The notes under the pieces: generated by a model | Seen by the model: only the letters and a program-made list of their open reading frames with translations | Databases searched by the model: none | Told to the model about the DNA's origin: nothing | Part shown: one piece after another, positions 24,301 to 38,600 of the stretch | Layout: every line of letters starts with the position of its first letter | Position numbering within the stretch: position 1 is the stretch's first letter | Translations under genes and position numbers: made by a program | Origin: Bilabrum cf. latius | Taxonomy: Eukaryota | Reading direction: 5' to 3' | Length of the DNA: 64,000 nt | Assembly: GCA_965178125.1 (NCBI GenBank) | Contig: OZ237735.1 | Span: 2,356,001 to 2,420,000 of the forward strand

Positions 24301-26120
24301 AGGACGAGGACGAGGAGATGGAGGAGGAGGTGCCTCTGGGGCACGGGCCAGCTGCATTCTCGCTCGGTGCCAGCGCCAGCGGGGCAACAGAGGGGCAGAA
24401 GAACCCGTGCCTCGCAGTGTTCCTGCGTCCAGCATCGGAGTTCCAGCCGCCTTCATCGCTGCTCCCGCCTTTGATTCTGATCGGGCCGGGGACAGGGGTG
24501 GCACCGTTTCGGTCCTTCCTGCGCCACAGGGCAGCGAGGCGCAGGGATGCCGAGGAAGCCGCGGTGGCTGCATCGTCTGGCATGTGGCGCGGCGCCTTCG
24601 GCATCAGCGGACTCGCAGATCTCGAGGAAAGCAAAGAGGACATGCGCGAGCACGAGGCATCGGGCACGTCCGAGCTGGAGGAGAAACGTGGAGCAGCAGC
24701 GGTGTCGTCCAAGGCTCGGCTGCAAGAGGTGGATGTGGGCAGATGGGGATCTGCTGTGACGGCTTCTCCGGCCAAGGTGCCGCCGTCCAAGCACGGGAAG
24801 GCAGCCGGCTCCACTGGCAGCGTGGGGTCTTGGATGGCCAACGCTGCACAGAGGGCGATGCGGGCGGCACTGCAAGGAGAGCTCCCAGCTACTGGATCGG
24901 GGGGAGCTTCGCCGCTCGGTGGAGCTACATCTACCAACGGTGGTGCGGGCATGTTGCACGTGTCCACGCAGGGCATTCCCTCTGCCAGGTCCGCCGAGCT
25001 GATCGCGGATGCAGTGCAGCTTCGAGGCGACTAGGCATCGGTGGGGAGCGACGAGCTTGCCAAGGCCGAGGCAGCAGCGGTTGCCAGCGCGCGGATGGCT
25101 GCCGCTGCTGCTGCCGCCGTCCTCAACGTGACTGGAAGCGTCTGCGACGGGCCGGCGGGTCCATCCGAGTCGCCCTCCGCCAGCGCGGATGCTCTCCTGG
25201 GCCTGGCTCGCCTCCGGTCTCGCCTGGCTCTGGGCACGTGTGCCAGCTTCCAGGCGCCCCCGAGGGAGATCGCAGCGGCGCATCGGCTGGTGCGCGCGCT
25301 GGATCGGGAGGAAGCTGCGGAGTGCGCCGACTCGCGCAGCCCCATCGCTCGCACCAGGTCCTCTGGCCTGCTGGCGTCCAACCCCGAGCAGGTGCCGGCG
25401 ATGGGCGGAAGGCCGGCCGTGCCGGCGGGTGACGTGCTGCTGCTGTTCGGCAACCGCAGAAGCAGCTACGACTTCCTGTATCGGCGCGACTGGGCCTCGC
25501 TGCTGCAAGGGGGCGACCTCACCGAGCTGCACTGCGCCTTCAGTCGGGAGGGCCGCAGCGGCAAGCCGGCGCATGACCGGAGACACGATGATGACGATGG
25601 CATCCAGGGCGTGGTGGAGGGAGCCAGGACATACGTGTGGAACCGCATGCTGGAGCCTCAGGTGGCCGACAGGCTCAGGCAGCTCATCGTGAAGGAGGGC
25701 GCCTACGTGTACGTGTGCGGTGACGGCGCGGCCATGGCGCGGGATGTGCACCAGGCCCTGACTGCGGTGCTGGCGGGCGGGGAGGCCGTGGTGGAGGCGG
25801 CGGTGCGGGCCGATGGCAGCGGGGGGCGGGCCTCCGACGTGCTGCAGGCGAGCGTGAAGGCCCTGCCGGGCATGAGCGAGTCTCAGCGCGCTTTGGTGAG
25901 CATGATGGAGCAGGGGAGGTATGTGCGGGACATCTGGTCCTGAGCGGTGTATTGACACAGACGAAGATGCACAGCGGCACAGAGCCCACTTTGAGATAGA
26001 CTTCGGAAACTCTGCAATTGATGGTGCGTCATCTCATTCGCAGACGCAAGAAAAATCCTGCCCCCGGTCCCGCGGACCCACTGGGCTTCACCCCGAACGA
26101 CTGGTTCTTCACCAGCCCAC
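19516..26120. repeat. Segmental duplication, copy 2 (matches 1-~6590; may extend further left)
   Basis: Direct sequence match with copy 1, with an 18-bp longer PA repeat and two 3-bp indels. Confidence 0.95.
21541..25943 (+). CDS. MTRR: Methionine synthase reductase-like diflavin reductase, copy 2
   Basis: Same exon structure as copy 1 at +19533. An extra in-frame TAG at 25032 (AAG in copy 1) reads as Gln under this code. Ends GRYVRDIWS-TGA. Confidence 0.85.
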
Positions 26121-26756
26121 ATAAATACACTGTCGTCGCCTGTGCCGGTGTCCACCTCTTCTTCTCTATCTCCTGACCTCCTGCGTCCACCGCGCCTTCC
26201 GGCTCGCCTCTGCTCCCTGTTGCTTCAATCCTGATGTCCGAGTACATATAACAGAAGCGACGGGGAGCAGATGTGAGCCGAAAGATGAGGGGGGCGCAGG
26301 AGGACAGGGGGTGAAGAGGAACAAGAGGGGGATACCGGCACAGGCGGCAACAGTGCGGTGTCAACAGGGAGAACACAACGGGAGGAATGGGGGCTCCAGG
26401 TGCAAGGTCCGAGGGAGACGCGGGTGGCAGCGGGCTGCGTGGCCAGCAGCGCGCAGAGGGCCAACAGGTGGGTGGACAGATGGGGCGCACGGCAGGTCGG
26501 CCAGGACCGGCGCGTGCAAGCTGAAAGGATAGGGCCAAGGTGGCAGTGTATGGAGCAAAGCACACGGTCCCTAGGGCGGGGAACAGGAACAGGAAGCCAT
26601 GTGGCAATGAGGCCAGTCGCGCGCATTGGGAAAGTCGCGTGCACATTCGTAGTGTCAGATGAAAACCGCATTCAGGTGTGCTGGTGAAGAACCAGTCGTT
26701 CGGGGTGACGCCCAGTGGGTCCGCGGGACCGGGGGCAGGAATTTTTCTTTTTTCAA
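26048..26756. mobile_element. Inverted pair of the zinc-finger-associated repeat (internally deleted arm 26048-26226, 27-bp spacer 26227-26253, long arm 26254-26756)
   Basis: Both arms are homologous to E1/E2/E4 in opposite orientations. The pair abuts the ZF3 TAA at 26757. Confidence 0.8.
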
Positions 26757-28457
26757 TTACTGGTGCTTGCGCTCGTCCAGATGCACTGTGGACAAGTGCC
26801 TCCTGAGTGAGCCTGACTCCCCGAATGACTTGCCGCACACACTGCACTCGTGCTTGCGCTACCCCAGATGCACAGTGGACATGTGCCTCCTGAGTGAGCC
26901 TGCCACACCGAATGACTTGCCGCACACACTGCACTCGTGCTTGCGCTCGCCCAGATGCACAGTGGACATGTGCGTCCTGAGATGGCCTGCCTCCCCGAAT
27001 GACTTGCCGCACACACTGCACTCGTGCTTGCGCTCGCCCAGATGCACAGTGGACATGTGCGTCCTGAGTGAGCCTGCCTCACCGAATGACTTGCCGCACA
27101 CACCGCACTCGTGCTTGCGCTCGCCCAGATGCACAGTGGACACGTGCTTCCTGAGATGGCCTGCCCGCCCAAATGACTTGCCGCAAACCATGCACTCGTG
27201 CTTGCGCTCGCCCAGGTGCACAGTGGACATGTGCGTCCTGAAAGTGCCTGCCAACCCGAATGACTTACCGCACACCATGCACTCGTGCTTGCGCTCGCCC
27301 AGGTGCACAGTGGACAGGTGCCTCCTGAGATCGCCAGCCTCCCCGAATGACTTGCTGCACACACTGCACTCGTGCTTGCGCTCGCCCAGGTGCACAGTGG
27401 ACAGGTGCCTCCTGAGATCGCCTGCCACACCGAATGACTTGCCGCACACACTGCACTCGTGCTTGCGCTACCCCAGATGCACAGTGGACATGTGCCTCCT
27501 GAGATCCCCTGCCCGCCCGAATGACTTGCCGCACACACTGCACTCGTGCTTGCGCTCGTCCAGATGCACAGTGGACATGTGCGTCCTGCGTGAGTCTGCC
27601 CGCCCGAATGACTTGCCGCACACACTGCACTCGTGCTTGCGCTCGCCCAGGTGCACAGTGGACATGTGCCTCCTGAGTGAGCCTGCCAAACCGAATGACT
27701 TGCCGCACACACCGCACTCGTGCTTGCGCTCGCCATGATGCACAGTGGACATGTGCCTCCTGAGCGAGCCTGCCACACCGAATGACTTGCCGCACACACT
27801 GCACTCGTGCTTGCGCTCGCCATGATGCACAGTGGACAGGTGCGTCCTGAGTGAGCCTGCCCGCCCGAATGACTTGCCGCATTCCATGCACTCGTGCTTG
27901 CGCTCGCCCAGGTGCACAGTGGACATGTGCCTCCTCAAGCTGGCCATGGTGCCCAGCACTTTCCCGCATACCTCGCACTCATACCCGTCAGCTGACACAT
28001 CTCCAGCTGCTTCCCTCCGCCGCCTCTTCGCCCTATCATCCTAGACGACGTCCAATACCTCCACATTCAAAACTGCCTGCCTGCCGCGTTTCTGCCCCAG
28101 AGAGGCGCTGCTGCTGTCGCCTGCAGTTGCACCTGAGCTCGCCTTCATCGATGATTGCACCGCCTGCTGCGATACTGCGCTGCTGCTGGATGATCCTGAC
28201 GCCACATACGACACGGGACTACTAGACTGAGGCTGGACGATGGCCCAAACTAGATCGCGACTTGGATCCCGTGCCCTGCCTTTCGAATACACACCACGGT
28301 GTCCATGCCTGCCATTGCGAGTCCTTTCTCTTGTTCCTCCACTTGTCCCTATGCATCTGTCGGGGGCTTCGATATCACTTTCGCACGCATCGCTCTCGCT
28401 GGAGTCGCTGTGGACGAGATCGATCACCTCCTCGGAGCTTGGACCGGCTTGCGCCAT
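26757..28457 (-). CDS. Tandem C2H2 zinc-finger protein ZF3 (14 fingers)
   Basis: ATG 28457 MAQAGPSSEEVIDLVHSDSSESD. One frame through TAGs at 28041, 27468 and 26859. Ends ERKHQ-TAA. Confidence 0.9.
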
Positions 28458-29628
28458 GGTGCTATTGGGCAGTCGATGCTCCTCCACGTGTGTAACTTGT
28501 AGATATATATCGGGCCGACTGGCTGGCGGCTGCAGAACGAAAACCAGCGACTGACAAACAGAACGATCTGGAAGCGACCTAGCACCCTGCAGTAGACTGC
28601 TCTACTTCGATTTCGCCCGACCTGGTCTCAGAGCTCTTCTCGAACAGGTCAAACGCCAACGCCAAGATGGAGACTTCAAAGACGGAATGAGTCGAAATCG
28701 AGAGATCTTGTCATCCACTCCGAGTCGCCGCGCCGCGACAGCGGAACCTACAACTTGGGCCCGCGTCCCGTGCACTTTCTGTCGCGCAGGGACGGCCAAA
28801 TTCTACACAGCATGCAGAATTAGTCGGCAAAAGCAAGTGTGAGAGACGCACCAAATCGTGCGCAGGAGTTCCAAATTAGTGCTCGGGGCAGACCAAAAAT
28901 CGGAACCAGCTAACAACGCGTGTGGCGAGTGATCTTCATGTGTGCCACGAAGTTCAAAATGACTGCAAATGAACATAGTGCGCAGAACCATTGCCCGGTG
29001 AGGTCGCCGATGCTCACCAGTAGCAGTCGCATGCACGAAGTCAGCTGCTATTGCCGATGCTGCAGCTCTCAATGTGATTGGATGCGTCAGCCACGGGTGG
29101 GCCTATGAGACCGCAAGCTGTCATAATGGGCAAGCCACTCGGGTAGGCAGGCAGGCAGCTTGAGGAGTCAGTGATGGCACACGTGCTCCGTGCAGCCGCA
29201 CGAGCGTATGCCCTACTGACTGCTCCATACTTCGGTCGCTCGCCCCACTGCACCCTGGCAGCTCCTGCATCCCTGCTCTGGATTGGGACGACTTCTAGCT
29301 TGCAAACCGAAGCCATATCATCGCCCATAGTCTACAAGTACATTCAATTTGAGATAGTTGGACTGCTTTTAATGTGAACGGCAGATATCGGCTTCTCCCC
29401 CACCCTCCAAAGCTCAGCGACCAACTCGTGCGACCAATACGTGCACAGCCACTGGCATGCATTGCAGTTGCACGAAGATGCAAGTGGAGATGCCGGTGCG
29501 GGACCACTATAGTTCTAGAAGCAGGATAAGCAAAGGCCTGCTTGAAGGAGGAACAGGACCCTAGCATTTCGCATTTAGTCGTTTTCTCGACATCTCGCAT
29601 CAGCAAGTTTTGTGTTTCTGGCAAGGAA

Positions 29629-32600
29629 ATGCACAGAATTCTTCGCTACAATCACGGGCGGGTTGTTGGCGTGCGCGCCTGTCTCTTGCTGCTTCTGGTC
29701 ATTGCCTAGTGTCTGACACGTAAGTTATTGATGATGCGCTGAATGCGCGTTGAGCTTCATGGTTGACATGTACCAATCGCGAGTTATTCGTACCTTGTTG
29801 ACTAGTACTTGCTGCATCTCAGACCAACTCTCCACATTTGTCATCCGCAGCAACTAGAGCATCATGCACCAATGGAATAAAAGACACATAGGGTTAGCTT
29901 CATGAGTAACTTAGTGCTCAAAAGTTCCGCTAAATTGAACCATAACCCCACGGGAACGCAGTTGGCGCTCCGCACCATCAGTCGCACCATGCTAACGTTT
30001 CGACGGCGACTTGTCTAATTGAATGATTTGGTTTCGCAGAGTACGGCGTAGACTGTGGTGGAGCATGCACTGCTGCATGTGACGCAGAATCGCTTAGGAT
30101 TCGAGACAATTACGGCACCGATGCGGTACTGGAAGATGGGCGGGCCATCACGGTGGGATCGTCAGAGAGCTCGTGCCCGGGTTCGTGGAGCAGATCGGGC
30201 TCGTACATCCACCAGCGCTCAAACTGCTAGACGAGCTGGTCTGGAATCGTTACAGACACGCAAAATAGGTGCCACTCGTGCGGTGCGGGCACAGTATATC
30301 TCATGCAACGGTGAGTCGACTCCACGCAGCGACTGGTCCCGAGAATGCTAGTGGAACGCAGCTGCTGTGCTCCTATCAAACGAATCATTTGTATTGTTTC
30401 ATGAATTCAACCGCAGTCTCGGTAGTTTGGGTGACTTTGTAGCCGAGTTCACCCTTCGGTCGGACGACAACGACGAGTTCGGGGTGGTTTGGTCGCACTC
30501 TGGAGGTGCGGGGACGGCCGCAAGCAGCTTGTACCAAATATCATACAGCTACGGCTCGAGATGCATCTAGCTGGTTCGTCGTGAAGACACCACGAACACC
30601 TACCTACAGAAGACTGCAAATTCGGACACATTCCGATACCCCATCCGCACCTACTTCAGCGTGCGGTTGACGTACATCCAAGGCTACATCAAGTTTGAGA
30701 TTAGGCACTCAGGCTCGACGTACATCACTGCCCTTGAGTACACTGACCCAAGCCCGCTTGGCGCCGGGAACATTGGCTTCTCCAGCTGCAGCTAGCAGGA
30801 CAAGTGAGACATGCTCGTTGATGGCAGACTGCAGGGCCAACTGACGATTATCCCCCCTACACTGAATCGACATACCACGCATTATACCATGCACCTGTCT
30901 GCTCGTCTCGCAGCTACTATCGCATCGACTCCCTCCGTCTGCTGGACAACACCTGCGACCGTCTCTTGCCCAAGTCGTCCTCCTCACTCAAGATTCACCT
31001 GACATCCGAGTCGTTCATGCAGAGCAACATCAACGAGGCCATCGGGCGGTGGCGTGACATCAGCGGTTACGGCAACCACGCATGGACGGCGTCCAGCTCA
31101 CAGTACCCAAACGTGGTTCGCAGCCGATGGACGGGGCAGAAGGTCGTCAGCTTCATCGGCAGCGACATGCTCAGCATGCACGGAGCCTACTACCTCGACC
31201 CCCGCGCAACTGGCATGTCTCTGTACATGGTGATGGACCCGAAGCAGGAGACGGGCTCGATTCTGGAGGGCCCACCAAGGAGGCCTGGGGGCCCTCGTAT
31301 TCATACCGAGGATTTCTCTGGAATTCCCAGCGGCTCGGGGTACGTGAACTCGAACTCGCTCCGGAACGAGAACTTGTTCCGCTCCCGTTTCACTCTCGCG
31401 AGAGACGGGGCCAGGATGAGCAGTAACGACTGGGCACAGGTGAAGAATGGTCTCTTCGAGACAAGAGACACGAATGGCTGGCTGCTTCTCACTTTGGTGG
31501 ACGTAAACATCGCAGGGAGTCAGGACGTGGTCGTGCGGTACAGCCTGCACCGGTACGGGTGAGCTATGGCAATGGTCTGCTTTAGGCATATCTACAGACT
31601 GCTACAAGTCTACACTTCTTTGTTGCGTCTATTTTTCCTCGCAGCGGCCACGAGAGCTCTGACTGCGTTGAAGCTTGGGCCAGCTTCAATGGAGGCAGCT
31701 CGTACTCGAGACAGCACAGGCACTGCGGAGATGGTGGCTGGGCGCAGTACAGCTACAATGTGCCACCCACAGCTACCCGGGTACGCGTCCGGTTTCGAAT
31801 GACGCAGACTAGCGGGGCTGAGATTCACCAGCTAGATAACATCTACATCGAGGGCCAGCCAAAGTCCGTTTCTGTCGGCTTCTCCTCATCGGCCGTGCTT
31901 TCGGCGGGCATCGGCGTGAGTCCTGCGCTGCAGGCATCCCGCACGGTTGCATCAAGCACATTAGCCTCCAGCGACAAGCCGATCCTGGTCTCCGTGCGCG
32001 TGACGCCATTCAACAGCGACAGGAACTCCCGCCTTCGCCTATCCATGGACGGCGTGCAGTTCTACGACGGCAACCGGGCAGGCTTCACGGATGGGTCGTC
32101 GTTCATGTACCACGTTTCGAACCTCTTCGACGGCGGCCAGGAGGGTCTCCTGTACGAGATGCAGGTGCACGACCGAGGGCTGAGCGATAACGACCACAGA
32201 GAGGTGGAATAGTCCCTGCTTACCAAGTACAGGATCTCAAGCAGCACAACCACGTGTCCGAGCCTCTCTGGAGATGGCAGCGCTTGGGGATACAGCGGTT
32301 CAACTCGCGTGACTAGCAGCCAGTGCATTACGGGGCGTACTGCACAACAGTGTTCCTTTGGCTGCAACTCGGGTACTGCCCCTGTGCGAGGCCAGCAAAC
32401 CCGCACGTGTACCAACTTTGGGTTTTGGGGCGGCGTTCCGCTAGCTTGCGCACAGAGCTGTCCCAAGCTGTCTGCGGCACGGTCAGTTGGGTGCGAGCGG
32501 TCCTACATCAACGAGAGCTTCCGGTCCGGCACAGCCACGCGTGGTGGCGGTTCTGACAGGCTGGTGGCCCTGCCGTGGCGCGGGTCCACAACCGGGTGGA

Positions 32601-35600
32601 GTGCTTCCATCCAGCAATGGCGTGTGAACGGTGGCTACCTGAGTCTGCACCGCGGCGATTCGTGCTCGACTCTGCAGCGGGCCGACAACTACCTCGTGAC
32701 GATGGATCAGGGCTGGGAATCCAAGAGCTTGCCGTTGGACGTCTCTGCTGATGTTTACGGGGATACTGGATCTGCCGGATTCGTAATCCGCACGCAGTTT
32801 GACACGAACGATCCGTACAACAAGGCCATGGCTGACCACTACTTGGTGGTGATCGACTGGTCCGACAGGCGCATCCGTGTGCAGAGGAGGGCAGCAGGAG
32901 AGCTGCGTGGCCCCATCTGCAACACGCAGCTGGCCAGCTCTGTGATCAAGGCGGACACCTGGCTGAATTTACGCGTGCGGGCGGAGGGCAACCGATTCCA
33001 GGTGTATCTTGATGGAACCAGACGGTGTGACGTGCAAGATGCCTCTGCTGACGCGCTGCCGTCTGGTGGTGCTGGTTTGTACATGGACACTCCTGGAGCG
33101 CCCGCCCGATTCCGTGACCTTCAGATCAAGCAAATTGATGCTATCTGCGAAGATGGGTGTGATGAGATGGCCGCTGGTGAGATGTGCACGTTTGCCTGCA
33201 GAGCACCCTTCGTGGCGCGCGGAGACTCGACTCGCACCTGCTAGTCAAACGGCGGTTGGGACGGAACGGCGTTCAGCTGTGGGTACAAGCTGCCAACTGT
33301 GTCCAATTAGGCCCGTGAAATCCTTGAAGAGAGTCCGGAGAATACTGCAGTCGGAGATCCGCTGGTTGCAGCGGCCCCTGATGGCCTCACAGTGGAGTTT
33401 GAGATTGCATCTGGCAACACGGGTGACGCATTCAGTGTGTCGAGCTGCACCGGCCAGCTTCGTGTGGCAACACCAAGTGCAATTGATTATGAGAGTGGGA
33501 CACGCTCCTTCACTCTGACCATGCGAGCGATGACCGAGGGGGACACCAGCGCGGCCGCCACATTAACGGTGACTGTGAGTGTACTCGACAGGAACGAGCC
33601 ACCAGAGTTTGCGGCATAGTCGCGGTCCATCGACGAAAACGCCGCTCCTGGCACCAATGTTGGAGCTGCCCTAACTGCCACGGACCCTGAGGGCGACGAC
33701 ATCGTGTGGTCTATCGAGCTGGGCAACGCCAACAACGCCTTCCAGATCTCGCCTAGCGGGCAGCTGACCTCCGGAATCACAACACCGAGTCCGCTTGATT
33801 TCGAGCAGACCCCCACGTGGCGCATCGTGGTGCGAGCTGCAAACACGGAGGAGCGGGATGGCTCCGACGTTGTGGTAGCGTACACGGAGGCCACCATCAC
33901 CGTGACCCTGAACGACGTGAATGAGCCTCCCATCGCCAACAACATGACCGTGGACATCTTGGAGACCTTTGGGCGGGAGGGACAATCCAGTACAGATCGA
34001 TACGTGGGCAGTTTGTCCATCGGTGATTAGGACATGGGACAGACTGTAACCGTTTCTGCAGGGCTAGGGTACCAATCCAGCCAATTCAACGTGTTCGCTA
34101 ACGGATCTGTGCGTTTAAAGCCTGGTGTGGCGTTGGACTACGAGACCAGGCCCGTAGTTCTGGTGCCCTTCATCGCGTCGGACGACCACAGCCCCTCTGC
34201 GTCAGCTCAAGGCTTTGTGATAATACAACTAGAGGACGTGAACGAGAGCCCTGTGGTGTCCTGGCCGGGCGAGTCAGGCGTGCCTGCTTTGAGCGTGCCT
34301 GAGGACGCCGGTGCCGGTGACGAGGTGGGCCGGATCGTGGCCACAGATCCCGATCGTGGACAGCAGGCTCGCTTCCGCATCGACTCGCAGAGCCCAGCAG
34401 GCAAGCTTCTCATCAACACCGAGACGGGTGTGATCGCTCTTGCTGGTACTCCTTCAGGTTCCACCGGCCCACTACTTGACACAGAGACGCAGCCCACATT
34501 GGGTGTTAATATCACAGTGTACGACACCGAGTTTTAGGTGCGTCGGGAATTGACCATCACCGTGGCGAACATTGACGAGCCTCCGGTATTCACAACAGCC
34601 AAGCAAGGCGCCTTGGCTGTCTACGAAAACTCTGTGTCGGCCTCTGCCGCTGCTCGCACCTCAGTAGGCACTATACGCGCAACAGACCCCGAGTCTGGGA
34701 CTGGCTCAGGTGTATCGTACAGCATCGTGTCACAGGATGTCACCAGGGCCGGCCACACGGCTCCCTTCGTGCTGGACTCCACCACCGGGCTGCTGCAGGT
34801 GAACGACGCGGAGCAGAGCGGCAAGAAGCCCGACCTGGATCACGAGTTTTAGGGCGGGTACATGGCCATCAACATCAGTGCCTCGGATGGCAGCGCTCCG
34901 GCCGGTGCCACCGTAATGGAGTTTCTGGTGACCATCCGCAACGTGAACGAGGCCCCGTCTCTGGATGCCTCCAGTGGCAACTTCTTTGCAGCAGCTTCAC
35001 GAGCCGGCACGATTGGACGCCCCCTCGCGACATTCGTCGCGGACGAGGACCTGCAGAGCAGCACGTTCACGGAGCGGTTCAACTTCTCCATTACGGCAGG
35101 AGACAGCGACGGTATCTTCAGCGTGCAGCAAGGCACTGGCCAGCTGTTCGTGACTGCCATCAACGCGGGCAAGCCTGGGTTTGCCTTCTCATCCACAGGC
35201 GGCGTAGGGTCCAACCAATTCAGTTTGAGTGTTCAAGTGACTGACAAGAAGGGCCTGAGTGGTACCGGCACTGTGCTGGTGCAACTGACTGAGACGAATA
35301 TTGCACCAAGCTTTAGCGCAGCAGCTTTTACCATTACGGTGGATGAGAACGCTGCGGATGCGACGCTTGTGGGCCGCATCGATGCTTCGGATGCCAATGA
35401 TGGGCAGACGGTCTCGTTCTCACTAGCACCCACTGGCGCATCTGCCAACGTTCCATTCCCGTTCGTGGTGTAGAGCGCCACCGGTGGTGATGTCAGCAGT
35501 GGTGCAGACGGCACAGCCATGATCAAGGTGGCGTCCGGTTCCGGTGGAGCCGGCTCCGGGCTGCTCGACTACGAAGGTGGCACAACACGGTTTGAGGCCG

Positions 35601-38600
35601 TGCTGACAGCCACTGACTCCCACAGCACTACTCCGCTTAGCAGCTCTACCACCATTGTGATCAATGTGAACGAGGTGGCTGAGGCGCCCTACTTCGACAC
35701 GGCCCGGCGGATCCCTTCTTCCGCGCGGTTCGACGTGACCATCGAGGAGGGCGCGGCGGAGGGCACAGCTGTCCGCCTGGCTGATGCCGCCGAGGAGGCC
35801 GCGCCGGGACAGGGCGCTTTGGCCGTGCTAATGGCGCGCGAAGACGATGTGGCCGACAACGGCACGGTGCGGTACACAATCCGAGCACCGACAGATGCGC
35901 TGCCTTCATCGTACAGCACGAGAGCGTGTGGAACTGCATTGACGATTTTGGGCGATGGAGCCGTCGGGGCTCTCGCTGTTGGCCAAGCAGGCGTGCTCGA
36001 CTTTGAGCTGAGCCCCAGCTTCCGGTGCACCATCGTGGCTACGGACGGGCGTGGTGCATCAGACACGGCCGACGTCTTCATCGCGCTGATCGACTCGAAC
36101 GACCACCCGTCTGTGCCTGCCGACCAGGTCCTGGCTGTGGCAGAGGACGCTGCGGCCAGCGCTGCTGTGGGCACTGTGTCCATCTCCGACCCCGACTCCC
36201 GGGCGGAATGGCGCAGCTTCGAGGTGCTGCTGGCCGGCGATCCTAGCCTGTCGGTGGCGCGAGACAATCGTTCTTCATCTGGGCTTGACGATGAGAATGA
36301 TGATGATGATGACGATGGAAGTTCAACTGTTTCTACGGGAGGGCCACAAAATGGAACTGGAAACAGTTCTGCTCCGGATCCTCATGTTGTGGAGGATGCC
36401 ACCGTATACGAGCTCTTCGAGATGGATCGATCGTCTGGCAGCCTGCGTCTGAGGGCGGGCCAGCAGCTGGACTGGGAGATGCGGGCCTCGTATGAGGTGC
36501 GTGTGATCGTGACGGATGGAGGTGGTCTCCGCACGGATGCATCTGTCACGGTGCGCGTGCAGGACGTGGACGATGCGTTCATCTCTGGGTTCAGGTACGT
36601 AGAAGACACGGACGCTGCCATCGGGCCTGATGGCACAGTGATGGGCGAAGGCATCGGTGGTGAGGACGGCGGCTTTATGCAGCCTGGTACGGGCGACAAC
36701 GCGACGGCTGGTGGAAGCAGTGTCGGAGCGGAAGGTGGCAGCGTGCAGTACGGCACGGTGGGCGGCGACTGGGTTGTGCTTCAGGGGTCTGGCTTCTCTC
36801 CAGTGCAGGCTCGCGTGGATGCCGAGAGCCTCGATCTGAGCATGTACCAGCTGACGGCTTCCTATGGGCCCGCCTCTGACCCCACTCGATACACTGCGTC
36901 TGAGTGTCGCATTGAGCAGGCCGGCTTTGAAGTGGCCTGCAGGGTGGTCGAGGGTGTGGGCGCTGGGCACGTGTGGATGCTTCGGCTGCTTGACTCGGCC
37001 AACTTGCGCGATCACTTGGCGTCGTCGGCCGAGTCCTCTGCCACCACGTCTTACTCGGCACCGTCGATCACGAGCGTGGCAGGCGTGGGTGGAATTGGCA
37101 ACATCCTGTCAACCCGTGGCGCGACTGACGACACAGTGTCCATCGTGGTGGAGGGCACAGATTTCGGGCCAGTGGGCACGATGGTGCAGCTGAACTACGG
37201 GCCGAGTCTGGCCGATAGAGCGTTTTCGGCTCGTGATTGCCGTGTGACGAATGCCCACGTGCAGATCACATGCCATCCCGTTGCTGGTGTGGGCGGGCCG
37301 CTGGACTTCGTGGCTACTGTGGGCGGCCAGATGTCCGTGGGCTTCGGCAGCTTGGTGTCGTACGAGACCCCGGCCGTCACGTCAATCATGGTAGGTGCGG
37401 ATGACTCGAGCTTCGTTGGTCTGGACTCACTGCCTACAGCTGGTGGGCCCATCATTTCTCTGATTGGGTCCGGCTTCGGGCCTGCGCTGACCCAGAGCCA
37501 CCCCATCGTGCTGGCAGGCCTCAACGTTAAGGCAACTTTTGGTGGCACTAATTCAACCCGATTCATGGCGGTGGGATGCAAGGTGGTGCGTGATCACGAC
37601 ATGGTAAACTGCACACTGCCAGAGGGTCTCGGTAGGATGCACTCGTGGATCGTGTACGCTGGCGGCCTGCAGTCGACTCCCACATCTGGCGCCCTGCGTA
37701 CGTCGTACGCTGTCCCTAGAGTGACAAGCGTGGGTGGCCCCGGGGCGGTAGCAGGCTCCACTCGCGGTGGACTGGAGCTGCTGGTGAGCGGCACTGACTT
37801 CGGGCCTACCGGCTGGTCCACCGAGGACTACGCAGATCTGGGTCCTCACGGTGACAGCAGCTGGATGGCGGGCGGCGTGTCCATCATGCCAAGCGTGACG
37901 TACGGCGGACCGAACTCGGCTCGGTTCATGGCTGCGTCTTGCCGTGTATCACTCGCGCATTCGCAGATCGCTTGCGTTACGTCGGTCGGCACTGGCGCGA
38001 ACCACACCGTCCGTGCCGCGGTAGGCGGTCAGATGTCTGAGTCCACCATGCCCGCTGCTTCTGAGACCAGTGAGGACGATGGCGGCCCTATGGGTGAAAT
38101 TGAGGTGACGACTGTCAGCTATGCTGCCCCTGTTGTTGCTTTGTACGACGGTGACGGCGCCGTGGATGCCAGTACACCAGGCGGGGATGTGGTTGTGATT
38201 AAGGGCGAGCACTTCGGGCCCGTGGGCAAGGCCTTCCTGGATGAGGTCAGGTACGGACTGGAGGAGCGAGACGTTGACTTGGAGGAGATGAACCGCAGGG
38301 GACTCGAGTTCGATGCCACTGCCAGCTGCAACGTGACCGTGGCGCACGAGGAGATCACGTGCGCCAAGCAGCCAGGTGCCGGTGCTGGCCTTAAGTGGCG
38401 CGTCATAGTGGATGGGCTAGAGTCGAGGCAGCCCACCACAGCGTATGCCGCACCGAGCGTGTCGGCTGTAATTGATCCTGCCACTGGTGACTCCAATGGT
38501 CCAGTGGTGACTGACGCATGGACGGATGGCGGGCAGGTGTTTGAGCTCACGGGCGAGAACTTCGGACCTCCCATGGCGCAGACCCCGTTCGGGCGCGTGT

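Noticed and set aside
25032-25034. MTRR copy 2 as a nonsense pseudogene (AAG to TAG)
   Set aside because: Under the inferred code it is a Lys-to-Gln change in a low-complexity insert.
28750-29620. Short ORFs here and in 58290-58960 and 60340-61300
   Set aside because: No recognisable domains or consistent reading frame; treated as intergenic, though small exons cannot be excluded.
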